From: Acutalibacteraceae bacterium
GTDB lineage: Bacteria; Bacillota; Clostridia; Oscillospirales; Acutalibacteraceae
Direction: 5' to 3'
Length of the DNA: 64,000 nt
Assembly: GCA_045538515.1 (NCBI GenBank)
Contig: JAZSRO010000089.1
Location: 22,840-86,839, forward strand
Shown: piece after piece, positions 1-9,237 of the stretch
Numbering within the stretch: the first letter of the stretch is position 1
Layout: every line of letters begins with the position of its first letter
The notes under the pieces: generated by a model
Told to the model about the DNA's origin: nothing
Database searches by the model: none
What the model saw: only the letters and a program-made list of their open reading frames with translations
Position numbers and translations under genes: made by a program

Positions 1-155
1 GTATCGGTCAGAAAAAAGCCGTTACTGCCGCACCCGCCGCACCTGAAAAAATCGAAAACAAACAAGAAATTCTGGCCGCCGTTTCTGCCGCTATTGCAGA
101 AGAACTCGGCACCGATGTTTCGGCTATCAGAATTACATCATTCAAAAAACTGTGA
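1..155 (+). CDS. 3' end of an OadG-like gamma subunit of a Na+-translocating decarboxylase (partial; start lies outside the window)
   Basis: Open frame from pos 3 to TGA at 153-155 reads ...AAPAAPEKIENKQEILAAVSAAIAEELGTDVSAIRITSFKKL*, an Ala-rich OadG-type C-terminus. It lies directly upstream of the BCCP, beta and alpha genes. Confidence 0.5.
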   Translation, partial: IGQKKAVTAAPAAPEKIENKQEILAAVSAAIAEELGTDVSAIRITSFKKL

Positions 156-166
156 GGTAAAATATT

Positions 167-538
167 ATGAAAATGTACAAAGTTAATGTAAACGGAACCG
201 AATATGAAATCACACTTGAAGTTGTAGACGCTGCAGATGTTAAACCCGCTGCTCCCGCTACACCCGCACCTGCCGCACCTGCTGCTCCCGCTGCGCCTGC
301 TGCTCCTGCTCCTGCCGCTGCCGGTGGAGAGACAGTTGTAGCACCGATGCCCGGCACAATCCTTTCTGTAAATGTTGCAAACGGCGCCGCTGTTAAAAAA
401 GGCGATGTGCTTTTGGTGCTTGAGGCTATGAAGATGGAAAATGAAATTATGGCTCCCTGTGACGGCACAGTTTCTTCTGTTCCCGCTACAAAGGGCGCAA
501 CCGTTAACACAGGCGATGTTCTCTGCGTTATTGCTTAA
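167..538 (+). CDS. Stand-alone biotin carboxyl carrier protein (biotinyl domain) of the decarboxylase
   Basis: 123 aa. A Pro/Ala linker ([23 protein letters not shown]) is followed by a biotinyl domain with EAMKMENEI (biotinyl-Lys in AMKM). Confidence 0.9.
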   Translation: MKMYKVNVNGTEYEITLEVVDAADVKPAAPATPAPAAPAAPAAPAAPAPAAAGGETVVAPMPGTILSVNVANGAAVKKGDVLLVLEAMKMENEIMAPCDGTVSSVPATKGATVNTGDVLCVIA

Positions 539-555
539 TTTTGGGGAATTGGCTT

Positions 556-1779
556 ATGTTAGAACAGATTATTGAATTTTTGAAGACTACCGGCTTTTTT
601 ATGCTGTTTGAGAACTTCCTTGCTGACAAGGTTGTTGATGGTGTGATTGTTGCCGTAGCAGGTTGGAAGACGCTTACTATGATTTTGGTATCGCTTCTGC
701 TTTTATGGCTTGCTATCAAGAAACAGTTTGAGCCGCTTTTACTTATTGGTATTGCATTTGGTATGTTGCTTACCAACCTCCCCGGTGCAGAGATGTACCA
801 CAGCGAACTGTGGACCGCGTTTATGGCGGGTGAAATCGGATACGGCACCATTTTGCACGATGGCGGACTTTTAGACATTCTTTACATAGGCGTTAAGACC
901 TGTGTTTACCCCTGTCTTATTTTCGTTGGAATCGGCGCTATGACCGACTTTGCGCCCCTTATTTCCAATCCTAAAAGTTTGCTTTTGGGTGCCGCCGCAC
1001 AGGTTGGTATTTTTGTTACATTTATTGGTTGTGTATTGCTTGGATTCCCGCAATCCGCCGCCGCTTCGATTGGTATTATCGGCGGTGCTGACGGCCCGAC
1101 AGCGATTTTTACAACCTCAAAACTTTATCCCGACCTCTTGGGACCGATTGCCGTTGCCGCTTATTCGTATATGGCGCTCGTTCCGGTTATCCAGCCGCCC
1201 ATTATGCGCGCACTTACAACTAAAAAAGAGCGCGAAATCGTAATGAAGCCGCTTCGCACCGTTTCCAAGACCGAGAAGATTATCTTCCCTATCGCTGTAA
1301 CAATTTTCGTAGCACTGCTTGTTCCCGCTGCGACACCGCTTGTTGGTTGCTTAATGCTTGGCAACCTCTGGAAAGAATCGGGCGTAGCAGAGCGTCTTTG
1401 CAGGACAGCCCAAAACGAACTTATGAATATTGTTACAATATTCCTTGGAATTTCTGTTGGCGCAACGGCAACCGCGCGTTCGTTCTTAAATCTTGAAACA
1501 CTCAAGATTATGCTTATGGGTGTTGTTGCTTTTGGAATTGGTACCGCAAGTGGCGTATTACTTGCCAAGTTTATGAATCTGTTTTCCAAAAACAAAATCA
1601 ATCCGCTTATCGGTTCTGCGGGTGTTTCCGCCGTTCCTATGGCGGCGCGTGTTTCACAGGCTGAAGGTCAGAAGGCTAACCCCTCTAACTTCCTTTTGAT
1701 GCACGCTATGGGCCCGAATGTTGCGGGTGTTATCGGCTCTGCTATTGCGGCAGGTGTGCTGATTTCGTTATTTGCGTAA
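556..1779 (+). CDS. oadB: Na+-translocating decarboxylase beta subunit (OadB/GcdB/MmdB family membrane pump)
   Basis: ATG at 556 with GGGGAA 6 nt upstream; the track ORF starts at TTG 541. It is a polytopic protein with [10 protein letters not shown] and [16 protein letters not shown] motifs that I recall from beta subunits. Operon context supports the call. Confidence 0.85.
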   Translation: MLEQIIEFLKTTGFFMLFENFLADKVVDGVIVAVAGWKTLTMILVSLLLLWLAIKKQFEPLLLIGIAFGMLLTNLPGAEMYHSELWTAFMAGEIGYGTILHDGGLLDILYIGVKTCVYPCLIFVGIGAMTDFAPLISNPKSLLLGAAAQVGIFVTFIGCVLLGFPQSAAASIGIIGGADGPTAIFTTSKLYPDLLGPIAVAAYSYMALVPVIQPPIMRALTTKKEREIVMKPLRTVSKTEKIIFPIAVTIFVALLVPAATPLVGCLMLGNLWKESGVAERLCRTAQNELMNIVTIFLGISVGATATARSFLNLETLKIMLMGVVAFGIGTASGVLLAKFMNLFSKNKINPLIGSAGVSAVPMAARVSQAEGQKANPSNFLLMHAMGPNVAGVIGSAIAAGVLISLFA

Positions 1780-1786
1780 GGAGGTT

Positions 1787-3181
1787 ATGAATATGGCAAA
1801 ACTTAATATTACAGATACCATTCTTCGTGACGCGCATCAGTCCCAAGCCGCTACCCGTATGCGCCTTGAAGATATGCTCCCCGCTTGTGAGATGCTTGAT
1901 AAGGTTGGTTATTGGTCGCTCGAATGTTGGGGCGGCGCAACCTTTGACTCTTGTATGCGTTTTTTAGGTGAAGACCCGTGGGAGAGACTCCGCGCACTTA
2001 AAAAGGCTATGCCCAACACAAAACTTCAGATGTTGCTTCGCGGACAGAACATCTTAGGTTACAGACATTATGCAGACGATGTCGTTGACGCTTTTGTTAA
2101 AAAGGCTATCGAAAACGGCATTGATGTTATCCGCGTATTTGATGCGCTTAACGACACACGCAACATGTCACAGGCTATGAAGAGTATTAAAAAATACGGC
2201 GGAATTTGCGAAGCCGCAATCAGTTATACCGAAAGCCCTGTTCACAGTGAGGAGTATTTCGTAAAACTCGCTTGTGAACTTCAGAAAATGGGTGCAGATG
2301 TTATCTGCATTAAGGATATGGCTAACCTGCTTTTACCGTATGATGCATATTCGCTCGTTAAGAAACTTAAAGAAAATGTCAGTGTTCCGATTCACCTTCA
2401 CACCCACAACACAACGGGCACCGGTGATATGACCAACCTTATGGCAGCACAGGCTGGTGTTGACATTGTTGACTGTGCGCTTTCCCCTCTTGCTAACGGT
2501 ACCTCACAACCGTCAACAGAGGCTTTGGTTGCCACCTTAAAAGGCACCGAGCGCGATACAGAACTTGACCTTAACGCGCTTTCTGAAATTGCTAAACATT
2601 TCCGCACCGTTGCCGATAAACTTAAAGCAGACGGCATCTTAGACCCCAAAGTTTTGAATGTTGACACCAAAACACTGCTTTATCAGGTACCCGGCGGTAT
2701 GCTTTCTAACCTGTTATCACAACTGAAACAGGCCAACGCAGAAGACAAGTTTTATGAGGTTTTGGCAGAAATCCCCAATGTCAGAAAGGATTTCGGTTAT
2801 CCTCCGCTTGTTACACCCACAAGTCAGATTGTTGGCACACAGGCTGTGCTCAATGTGCTTTCGGGTGAGCGTTACAAGATGATAACCAAAGAGTCTAAAG
2901 GACTTCTCCGCGGCGAATACGGACGCGTTCCGGGCGTTGTTAATGAGGATGTTAGACGCAAGGCAATCGGCAACGACACAATCATTACCTGTCGTCCGGC
3001 CGACCTGCTTGAGCCCGAACTTGAAAAAATCAAAGCCGAGGCGGGTGACCTTGCAAAGTGTGAAGAAGATGTATTAAGTTTCGCTCTCTTCCCACAGGTT
3101 GCGGCTAATTTCTTAAAAGAACGCAACGAAAAACGCGAGGGTGGCTCTATCAGAACACTTATAGTTGAAGATTTGACCTAA
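1787..3181 (+). CDS. oadA: Oxaloacetate decarboxylase alpha-type carboxyltransferase (5S / pyruvate carboxyltransferase domain) lacking a fused biotinyl domain
   Basis: AAGGAGG at 1778-1784 precedes ATG 1787. ITDTILRDAHQS and IHLHTHNTTG are hallmarks of the HMGL-like carboxyltransferase fold. The protein is 464 aa with no C-terminal AMKM motif. Confidence 0.85.
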   Translation: MNMAKLNITDTILRDAHQSQAATRMRLEDMLPACEMLDKVGYWSLECWGGATFDSCMRFLGEDPWERLRALKKAMPNTKLQMLLRGQNILGYRHYADDVVDAFVKKAIENGIDVIRVFDALNDTRNMSQAMKSIKKYGGICEAAISYTESPVHSEEYFVKLACELQKMGADVICIKDMANLLLPYDAYSLVKKLKENVSVPIHLHTHNTTGTGDMTNLMAAQAGVDIVDCALSPLANGTSQPSTEALVATLKGTERDTELDLNALSEIAKHFRTVADKLKADGILDPKVLNVDTKTLLYQVPGGMLSNLLSQLKQANAEDKFYEVLAEIPNVRKDFGYPPLVTPTSQIVGTQAVLNVLSGERYKMITKESKGLLRGEYGRVPGVVNEDVRRKAIGNDTIITCRPADLLEPELEKIKAEAGDLAKCEEDVLSFALFPQVAANFLKERNEKREGGSIRTLIVEDLT

Positions 3182-3182
3182 T

Positions 3183-3213
3183 AAAAAAGGACGGTTTTCA
3201 CCGTCCTTTTTTA
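3183..3213. terminator. Bidirectional rho-independent terminator between convergent genes
   Basis: AGGACGG (3188-3194) pairs with CCGTCCT (3201-3207). An A-run lies on the left and a T-run on the right. Confidence 0.8.
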
Positions 3214-4188
3214 TTATTTCTTATTTGCGAGTGCTTTTTGTTGGCGAATGTCTGCGCCCAAAAACTGCAACAGTGTATAACTGCCGATAATTCTTGAAGA
3301 CACGCGTGGTGTATATTTTTCGGCAATTTCCTCGAGAGTTAAATTTGTGCTGATTACCGTTGGCAGTTTTTTGAGAATTCTCGTGTTTATAATATTGTAA
3401 ATACAAGACTGGGAAAAACTTGTGCTCATTTCGGTGCCGAGGTCATCAATAACAAGCAAATCACACCCGAGCAAACTATCTATAACCTCTGTACTGCCCG
3501 AATATGAAAACTGTTCACCCGCCGCCTTATTTATAAGGTTTTGTGCACTGCCGTAAATTACCGAACTACCCTTTGCAACCGCCTCATTAGCAATAGCGAG
3601 GGACAGATGTGTTTTGCCGAGTCCCGTTTTGCCGAGCAAGAGTAAATTCTGTCCTGTTTCCGAAAATTTAAGCGAAAACTCGCGGCAGATTTTAAGCACC
3701 TGTGTCATACGCTTTTTAGGGGCTACGCCCTCATCTGCCTTATCGCTATAATATTTTAGGTCGAAATTATCAAATCGACAGGTATCGAGCGGCATTTCTT
3801 CACACAGTTGCTCGTACGCGAGTTTTTTTGCAATTTCTACGACACATTCGCAGATTTTTCCGCCTATATAACCCGTATCGCAACAGTTTTTACAAGCATA
3901 TTCAATCTGTGGGAAAGCGGTTCCGCCCAGTAATTTTTGTTTTTCTTTCGACAATTCCTCGCTTTTGGCTTTCAGGGTTTCGAGTGCGTTTTTATCGCCC
4001 GAAAGCGCCGCAACTGCGGTACGGGCTGCAATATTTTGTAAACCCATCTCAATCTCTGTGAAACGCGGGTTTGCCGCTCTTAATTCCGAAACGGCTTTTT
4101 CGTACTGCGTTTCGGCATTGTAACGCTGTGCTTTTTTTATTTCAAATGCGCGTGTATATGTACTCGAAAAAAGTCCCAAATGTGTCAC
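3214..4188 (-). CDS. DnaC/DnaI-like helicase-loader AAA+ ATPase
   Basis: Walker A LLLLGKTGLGKTHL and Walker B LLVIDDLG. There is an N-terminal Cys cluster CKNCCDTGYIGGKICEC. It lies 5 nt downstream of a DnaD-domain gene. Confidence 0.75.
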   Translation of the reverse strand: MTHLGLFSSTYTRAFEIKKAQRYNAETQYEKAVSELRAANPRFTEIEMGLQNIAARTAVAALSGDKNALETLKAKSEELSKEKQKLLGGTAFPQIEYACKNCCDTGYIGGKICECVVEIAKKLAYEQLCEEMPLDTCRFDNFDLKYYSDKADEGVAPKKRMTQVLKICREFSLKFSETGQNLLLLGKTGLGKTHLSLAIANEAVAKGSSVIYGSAQNLINKAAGEQFSYSGSTEVIDSLLGCDLLVIDDLGTEMSTSFSQSCIYNIINTRILKKLPTVISTNLTLEEIAEKYTPRVSSRIIGSYTLLQFLGADIRQQKALANKK

Positions 4189-4192
4189 CCCT

Positions 4193-5119
4193 TTAGTCGT
4201 TATCTATCGCGCTTAACATACTGTCAAACACGGTGGTATCGTACGCGGCAATGGAATCTTTGCCTTTTTTGCCGTCTTCCTTAATATCCTCTACCTTTTT
4301 GACGCCGTTTTTATACCATTTATCAAGAATTTTTGTGATATACGGAATAGAAAACTTGCCCGTTGCATCGATACAGCGGTTGTATGCCTCTTTCAAAAGT
4401 TCGGTGCTCATTTTGCGTTCGCCCACGAAAAGCAGAGAAAATTCCTCTTCCTTTTTGCTGGGCATGCGGCGGTCAATTCCAAACGCTTTTGAAACGATGC
4501 CCCAGCACGAACGGCTTTTATAAATTTCGTTTATTTTCCCCTCTGCTCCCGCAATATCGCAAACACCGCTATCAAGCCACGAAAGCGCGGTTTTTTCTAT
4601 GTAGCCTATATTTGCCTTGCCGTCACTTATTGCAAACTCGACAAGCATTAAAAGTACGGCAATGCTCATACCCTCGTCATCACAAAGCCATACAAGTGTT
4701 GATGCTTCGGTTTGGCGCAAGGCTCTGCCGAATTTAGCCTCTGCCTCGCGCAGTAAAAATGTGATTTCGGGGCTTTCCATTCCTCGCCTTGCAACCTCTT
4801 CCCTTGTGGGTTTTACGGTTGCGGCACGAACGGCTTTTTTGGGTGCCACCACAGGTTGCGGTACTGCAACTGTTTCGCCTTCTTCGGTGGCTAAAACGCC
4901 GCATTCCGCCCAAAACATCAAAGCATCGGCAACTTCTGATACGGGCGCGGAAAGAGTTTTTGCAATTTTTTCGGCGTTTATTTCTTCTGCTGGATTTCGG
5001 AAAACACAAAGCAAGACACGAAGCTGTAGCGCCCCTGCCATTTTTATATGCTTATCCACCACTGCGGAGGGTACGGGAAATGCACTCCACAGGGCATTTG
5101 AACTTATATGATATTTCAT
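4193..5119 (-). CDS. DnaD-domain replication initiation / primosome protein (Firmicutes DnaB/DnaD-like)
   Basis: Two DnaD-type C-terminal repeats (YIEKTALSWLDSGV and YITKILDKWYKNGV). I chose the ATG at 5119 (MKYHISS), which has GGAGA upstream, over the track start at 5194. Confidence 0.65.
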   Translation of the reverse strand: MKYHISSNALWSAFPVPSAVVDKHIKMAGALQLRVLLCVFRNPAEEINAEKIAKTLSAPVSEVADALMFWAECGVLATEEGETVAVPQPVVAPKKAVRAATVKPTREEVARRGMESPEITFLLREAEAKFGRALRQTEASTLVWLCDDEGMSIAVLLMLVEFAISDGKANIGYIEKTALSWLDSGVCDIAGAEGKINEIYKSRSCWGIVSKAFGIDRRMPSKKEEEFSLLFVGERKMSTELLKEAYNRCIDATGKFSIPYITKILDKWYKNGVKKVEDIKEDGKKGKDSIAAYDTTVFDSMLSAIDND

Positions 5120-5252
5120 AGCGTTCTCCAAAAAAATTACTGTACAAAACATTATAGCACTTTTTTTCTCTCTTGTAAACCGACAAAAAAACACTTTTAT
5201 TTTCTCCGGCTTTGTTGTATAATTATTTTATCAAACCTATGGAGGTATTTTT

Positions 5253-6266
5253 ATGGCAATTTTGGTAACAGGCGGTGCTGGATACATTGGTAGCCACACC
5301 TTAATTTCTATGTTTAATTCGGGTTATGATGTGGTTGTTATTGACAACCTTGATAACTCTAACAAAGAATCACTAAGACGAGTTGAGGAAATTACAGGCA
5401 AAACTGTAAAGTTTTACGAAAACGATGTGCGCGATAAGGATGCACTTAGAAAAATATTCCGCGAAAACAAAATCGAAGCGGTTATTCACTTTGCGGGACT
5501 TAAAGCCGTTGGCGAATCCTGCAAAATTCCGATTAAATATTACGACAACAACCTCATCAGCACACTTTATCTTTTAGAGGTTATGGAAGAATTTTCGGTT
5601 AAGCGTCTTGTTTTCAGTTCATCGGCAACCGTTTATGGTACACAGGAAGAAATGCCGCTTGTTGAAACAATGCCGCTTGGCGCCATTAACCCTTACGGCA
5701 GAACAAAATACTTCATTGAAGAAATTTTGCGCGACCTTTACGCATCCGACAACACTTGGTCGATTGCGTTGCTTCGATATTTCAACCCCATCGGTGCGCA
5801 CGAAAGCGGCAAAATTGGTGAAGACCCGCGCGGAATTCCCAACAATCTTATGCCCTACATTTCACAGGTTGCAGTTGGCAGACTCCAGAAATTAAATGTT
5901 TTCGGTGACGATTATGACACCGTTGACGGCACAGGTGTACGCGACTACATTCATGTTGTAGATTTGGCAAACGGTCACGCAAAGGCTACCGACTGGGTAC
6001 TCAGCAACACCGGTTGTGAGGCATTTAACCTTGGCACAGGCAACGGTTGCAGCGTTTTGGAACTTAAGTGTGCATTTGAAGAAGCATCTGGCGTTACCGT
6101 TCCATTCGTTATTGCGCCGCGCCGCCCAGGCGACCCCGCAACAGTATATGCCAACCCCGAAAAAGCACATAAAGTGCTTGGTTGGAGTGCCGAAAAAGGT
6201 ATCAAAGAAATGTGTATAGACACTTGGCGTTGGCAAAAGAATAATCCGAACGGATATAATGAGTAA
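5253..6266 (+). CDS. galE: UDP-glucose 4-epimerase
   Basis: [15 protein letters not shown] Rossmann motif and SSSATVYG...[10 protein letters not shown] (S/YxxxK catalytic set). The 337-aa length is typical. Confidence 0.92.
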   Translation: MAILVTGGAGYIGSHTLISMFNSGYDVVVIDNLDNSNKESLRRVEEITGKTVKFYENDVRDKDALRKIFRENKIEAVIHFAGLKAVGESCKIPIKYYDNNLISTLYLLEVMEEFSVKRLVFSSSATVYGTQEEMPLVETMPLGAINPYGRTKYFIEEILRDLYASDNTWSIALLRYFNPIGAHESGKIGEDPRGIPNNLMPYISQVAVGRLQKLNVFGDDYDTVDGTGVRDYIHVVDLANGHAKATDWVLSNTGCEAFNLGTGNGCSVLELKCAFEEASGVTVPFVIAPRRPGDPATVYANPEKAHKVLGWSAEKGIKEMCIDTWRWQKNNPNGYNE

Positions 6267-6267
6267 T

Positions 6268-6296
6268 AAAAACCCCCACGCTGCGTGGGGGTTTTG
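6268..6296. terminator. Rho-independent terminator shared by galE and the convergent XRE gene
   Basis: ACCCCCACG (6272-6280) pairs with CGTGGGGGT (6284-6292), flanked by A and T runs. Confidence 0.8.
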
Positions 6297-6300
6297 TATT

Positions 6301-6540
6301 TTATTCAAGACCTGAAAAGAAATCAGCATACGAACAATTATAAATTTTTCTTAGGGCAACTATCACGCTGGCTTTGATATTAAGTTCACCCGCTTCATAT
6401 TTGGCATAGGTGCTTCTACCAATATCACAGCCCTTACGCTGAAGTTCCGCGCACAGTTTTTCCTGTGATATACCGTAAGCGTCTCTAAGTCTCCTAAGAT
6501 TGTCGCCCATATTCAAATCTCTTCTGATTTTCTGTTCCAT
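6301..6540 (-). CDS. XRE-family helix-turn-helix transcriptional regulator
   Basis: 79 aa. HTH_3-like segment LRRLRDAYGISQEKLCAELQRKGCDIGRSTYAKYEAG. Confidence 0.8.
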   Translation of the reverse strand: MEQKIRRDLNMGDNLRRLRDAYGISQEKLCAELQRKGCDIGRSTYAKYEAGELNIKASVIVALRKIYNCSYADFFSGLE

Positions 6541-6560
6541 ATAACTTCCTCCAGATAATC

Positions 6561-6634
6561 TTGACCAACATTGGTTGCAATTATCCTTATTGTATGTTAT
6601 ACTAAAACAAAATATTGTCCGCTATATTGGTCAA
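6561..6634 (+). promoter_or_regulatory. Divergent promoter region: sigma-A-type promoter for the SLOG gene, framed by inverted 8-mers that may be the XRE operator
   Basis: -35 TTGCAA (6575-6580), a 17-nt spacer, then TGt-TATACT (-10 at 6598-6603). The palindrome ACCAAcaTTGGT (6564-6575) abuts the -35. TTGACCAA (6561-6568) and its complement TTGGTCAA (6627-6634) bracket the promoter. Confidence 0.4.
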
Positions 6635-6649
6635 TTTTAGGAGGCAAAT

Positions 6650-7093
6650 ATGTCAACATGCACTTTTTTTGGGCACAGAAACACACCTAAAGAAATTGAA
6701 CCGCTATTACAAGCAACACTTATAGATTTAATTGAAAATCACTGTGTCGACTGGTTTTTTGTCGGCAACGAAGGTAATTTTGACCTAATTGTAAGAAAAA
6801 ATTTAAGATTGCTAAAGTTGGACTATCCACATATAAACTATGATGTTGTTCTCGCCTATATGCCAGGAGAAAAAGGAGAGTACTATTGTAAAGAGGATTT
6901 TGAAGAAACTATATGCCCCTATATATTCGATAAAACACCACCAAAATATGCAATACCCAAACGAAACAGATGGCTCATTAAGGAATCCGATTATGTTATA
7001 ACCTATGTTACGCATACACTCGGCGGTGCCGCCCAATTCAAAGAACTTGCAGAGAAAAAAGGTAAAATAGTCATCAATCTTGCCGATTTGTAA
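6650..7093 (+). CDS. SLOG / DUF1273-like (YpsA-type) protein of unknown function
   Basis: 147 aa. The CTFFGHR N-terminus and Rossmann-like alternation resemble SLOG-family proteins as I remember them. AGGAGG precedes the ATG. Confidence 0.5.
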   Translation: MSTCTFFGHRNTPKEIEPLLQATLIDLIENHCVDWFFVGNEGNFDLIVRKNLRLLKLDYPHINYDVVLAYMPGEKGEYYCKEDFEETICPYIFDKTPPKYAIPKRNRWLIKESDYVITYVTHTLGGAAQFKELAEKKGKIVINLADL

Positions 7094-7120
7094 TATTGAA
7101 AAATAATTTGCTTTCTGCTC

Positions 7121-7208
7121 GTGCCGCGAGGCACTTCCTTTCTGTCCGCACACAGAAAGGAAGCAAAGAAGTGCTAAGGGGGTTTCGATTCCCCCTCGGA
7201 CAGAAAGG
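7121..7208. repeat. Structured intergenic repeat module (copy A1) with several mutually exclusive pairings; second copy at 47205-47268
   Basis: Three hairpins: GTGCC-GCGA-GGCAC (7121-7134), CTTCCTTTCTGT-CCGCAC-ACAGAAAGGAAG (7134-7163) and GGGGG-TTTCGATT-CCCCC (7178-7195). CGGACAGAAAGG (7197-7208) can pair instead with CCTTTCTGTCCG (7137-7148). Confidence 0.7.
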
Positions 7209-7378
7209 TTTTATAACATAAAAATCGTTTCGGCAATACGTCTATTACCGAAACGAAATGTTAATCTTTAATAAATCTACATATCCCTGTCCTCACCCCC
7301 GAAACGACAAGGCTGCCGCCCTTGACCCGCGATAGACGGTCGTCTGGGCGGTTTTCTTTTTTGTTTGTAATTATTTTC

Positions 7379-7416
7379 TTGACAAACATAATACTTCGTG
7401 TTACGATGTATTATGT
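7379..7416 (+). promoter_or_regulatory. Promoter of the PadR operon, overlapped by a 9-bp inverted repeat (candidate PadR operator)
   Basis: TTGACA (7379-7384), a 17-nt spacer, then TACGAT (7402-7407). ACATAATAC (7386-7394) and GTATTATGT (7408-7416) are perfect complements separated by 13 nt. Confidence 0.5.
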
Positions 7417-7431
7417 GATGGGAGGTATTGT

Positions 7432-7752
7432 ATGGATATTCAATTAAAACGCGGTCTTTTAGATGTATGCGTTTTGGCAGCGATTAAAGACGAAGAATCC
7501 TATGGATATAAAATAATAAAGGATATGAAGCCGTATGTAGAATTATCAGAATCTACGCTTTACACAATACTGAAACGCTTAGAGATGGCAAATATGCTTA
7601 CAGTTCGCACGGCAGAACACGGAGGCCGACTCAGAAAATATTATCATATTACAACCGACGGCTTAAAACGAATTGAAGATTTCAAAAGTGACTGGAAGGA
7701 AATTTTATCCATATATCAGTTCGTTACTAAGGGGGATGGAAACAATGACTAA
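7432..7752 (+). CDS. PadR-family transcriptional regulator
   Basis: 106 aa. LLDVCVLAAIKDEESYGYKIIKDM...STLYTILKRLE is the classic PadR winged-helix signature. Confidence 0.9.
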   Translation: MDIQLKRGLLDVCVLAAIKDEESYGYKIIKDMKPYVELSESTLYTILKRLEMANMLTVRTAEHGGRLRKYYHITTDGLKRIEDFKSDWKEILSIYQFVTKGDGNND

Positions 7753-8332
7753 AGCAGAATTCCTGGCGGCGTTAGAAAAAGGGCTTTCCTGTTTGCCGCA
7801 AGAAGATATGGCAGAGCGACTCAACTTTTATTCCGAGATGATTGATGACCGTATAGAAGACGGATTATCGGAAGAAACCGCGGTAGCCGAGATTGGAAAC
7901 ACCGATGAAATTATAACGCAGATTATAGCCGATGTTCCTCTTTCAAAACTTGTAATTAAAAAAATCAGGCCGAAAAGACGCATAAGCGCGTGGGAGATTG
8001 TACTTTTGGTGCTTGGCAGTCCGTTGTGGCTATCCTTGCTTATTGCCGCGCTCTCGGTAGTATTCTCACTTTTTGTTGTGTTATGGTCGGTTATAGTATC
8101 ATTTTGGGCGGTTTTTGTATCCCTTCTCTGTTGTGCCATTGGTATTATAATCGGTGCTATAATTCTTTCTCTAAACGCTCACATTTTAACCGGTATTGCA
8201 ATGATTGGCGCGAGTTTTGTTTGTGCGGGACTGTCAATTTTCTTTTTCTTTTTATGCAAAGCGGCAACGCGCGGCGCAGTTTGGCTTACTAAAAGTACGG
8301 TAATTTGGATTAAAAGGGGGATAATACAATGA
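7745..8332 (+). CDS. DUF1700-type membrane protein (PadR-associated sensor-like partner)
   Basis: ATG at 7745 overlaps the PadR stop. The N-terminus MTKAEFLAALEKGLSCLPQEDMAERLNFYSEMIDD is typical of DUF1700. The C-terminal half is hydrophobic and multi-pass. Confidence 0.75.
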   Translation: MTKAEFLAALEKGLSCLPQEDMAERLNFYSEMIDDRIEDGLSEETAVAEIGNTDEIITQIIADVPLSKLVIKKIRPKRRISAWEIVLLVLGSPLWLSLLIAALSVVFSLFVVLWSVIVSFWAVFVSLLCCAIGIIIGAIILSLNAHILTGIAMIGASFVCAGLSIFFFFLCKAATRGAVWLTKSTVIWIKRGIIQ

Positions 8333-9237
8333 CAAAAAGCGCAAAAATATGGCTTATTATAGGTGCTTCCCTTTTTATAATCGGCGCATTGATTTTTACC
8401 GCTATTATGACGGTCAACGGTTGGGATTTTACAAAACTTTCCACCGTAAAATATACAACCGAAACCCATAAGATAACCGAACCGTTCAGCGAAATAAAGA
8501 TAGAAACCAACACCGCTGATATTGAGTTTTTAGAAAGCGAAGACAGCGAATGTAGAGTAGTATGTTATGAAACAGAAAACGAAAAACACACAGTTTTCGT
8601 AGAGGACGGCGGTATGCTTAACATCACACTTGAAAGCAACAAAAAGTGGTATGACAATATCGGAATAAACCTTGAAACATCTAAAATTAAAGTTTATCTG
8701 CCGAAAGGAGAATATGTTACCCTCAACATTGCGGCGGATACGAGCGATGTAAAGATACCCGAACACTTTACTTTCGTTAAGGTCGATATTTCGGTTAGTA
8801 CGGGTGATGTTGAATATTATGCTGCCGCAACGCGTGATATTTGGATTTCGACAGGTACAGGTGATATTACTTTAGAAAACATTAAATCTGATACACTTGA
8901 ACTAAGAGTCACTACAGGGGATACATATCTTACAAATGTCAAATGTAAGTATATTCAGTCCCTCGGTAATACAGGCGATATCACACTTAAAAATACTATA
9001 GCAGAGGAACAACTTATTATAAGACGCAGTACGGGTGATGTACGGCTCGAGCGCAGTGACTCAGCAACAATTTATATAAAAACCGACACAGGCGATATTA
9101 CGGGCACGGTACTTGAAGATAGGTATTTTGATATAAGCACCAGCACCGGCACCGTTCGCGTACCTAAAGGAGCAAATGGCGGAAACTGCGAAATCACCAC
9201 AAATACCGGCGATATTTTAATTGATATTGCAAAATAA
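8329..9237 (+). CDS. DUF4097-type beta-strand-repeat protein with an N-terminal TM anchor
   Basis: ATGA overlap with the upstream gene. It has one TM helix followed by about 10 repeats of the S/T-TGD-I/V motif (STGDVEY, GTGDITL, TTGDTYL and others). Confidence 0.75.
   Translation: MTKSAKIWLIIGASLFIIGALIFTAIMTVNGWDFTKLSTVKYTTETHKITEPFSEIKIETNTADIEFLESEDSECRVVCYETENEKHTVFVEDGGMLNITLESNKKWYDNIGINLETSKIKVYLPKGEYVTLNIAADTSDVKIPEHFTFVKVDISVSTGDVEYYAAATRDIWISTGTGDITLENIKSDTLELRVTTGDTYLTNVKCKYIQSLGNTGDITLKNTIAEEQLIIRRSTGDVRLERSDSATIYIKTDTGDITGTVLEDRYFDISTSTGTVRVPKGANGGNCEITTNTGDILIDIAK

Noticed and set aside
241-330. GC-rich tandem-like DNA repeat
   Set aside because: It simply encodes the Pro/Ala linker of the BCCP. 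It is not an independent repeat element.
142-510. 122-aa minus-strand ORF opposite the BCCP gene
   Set aside because: Its Ala/Gly-rich run mirrors the Pro/Ala linker codons of the BCCP gene. The plus-strand frame contains the AMKM biotinylation motif.
3214-5119. Prophage replication module (DnaD + DnaC-like), possibly linked to the nearby XRE gene
   Set aside because: No other phage genes (integrase, terminase, structural genes) are present. galE separates the pair from the XRE gene. The pair fits the chromosomal DnaB/DnaD-DnaI helicase-loader operon of Firmicutes.
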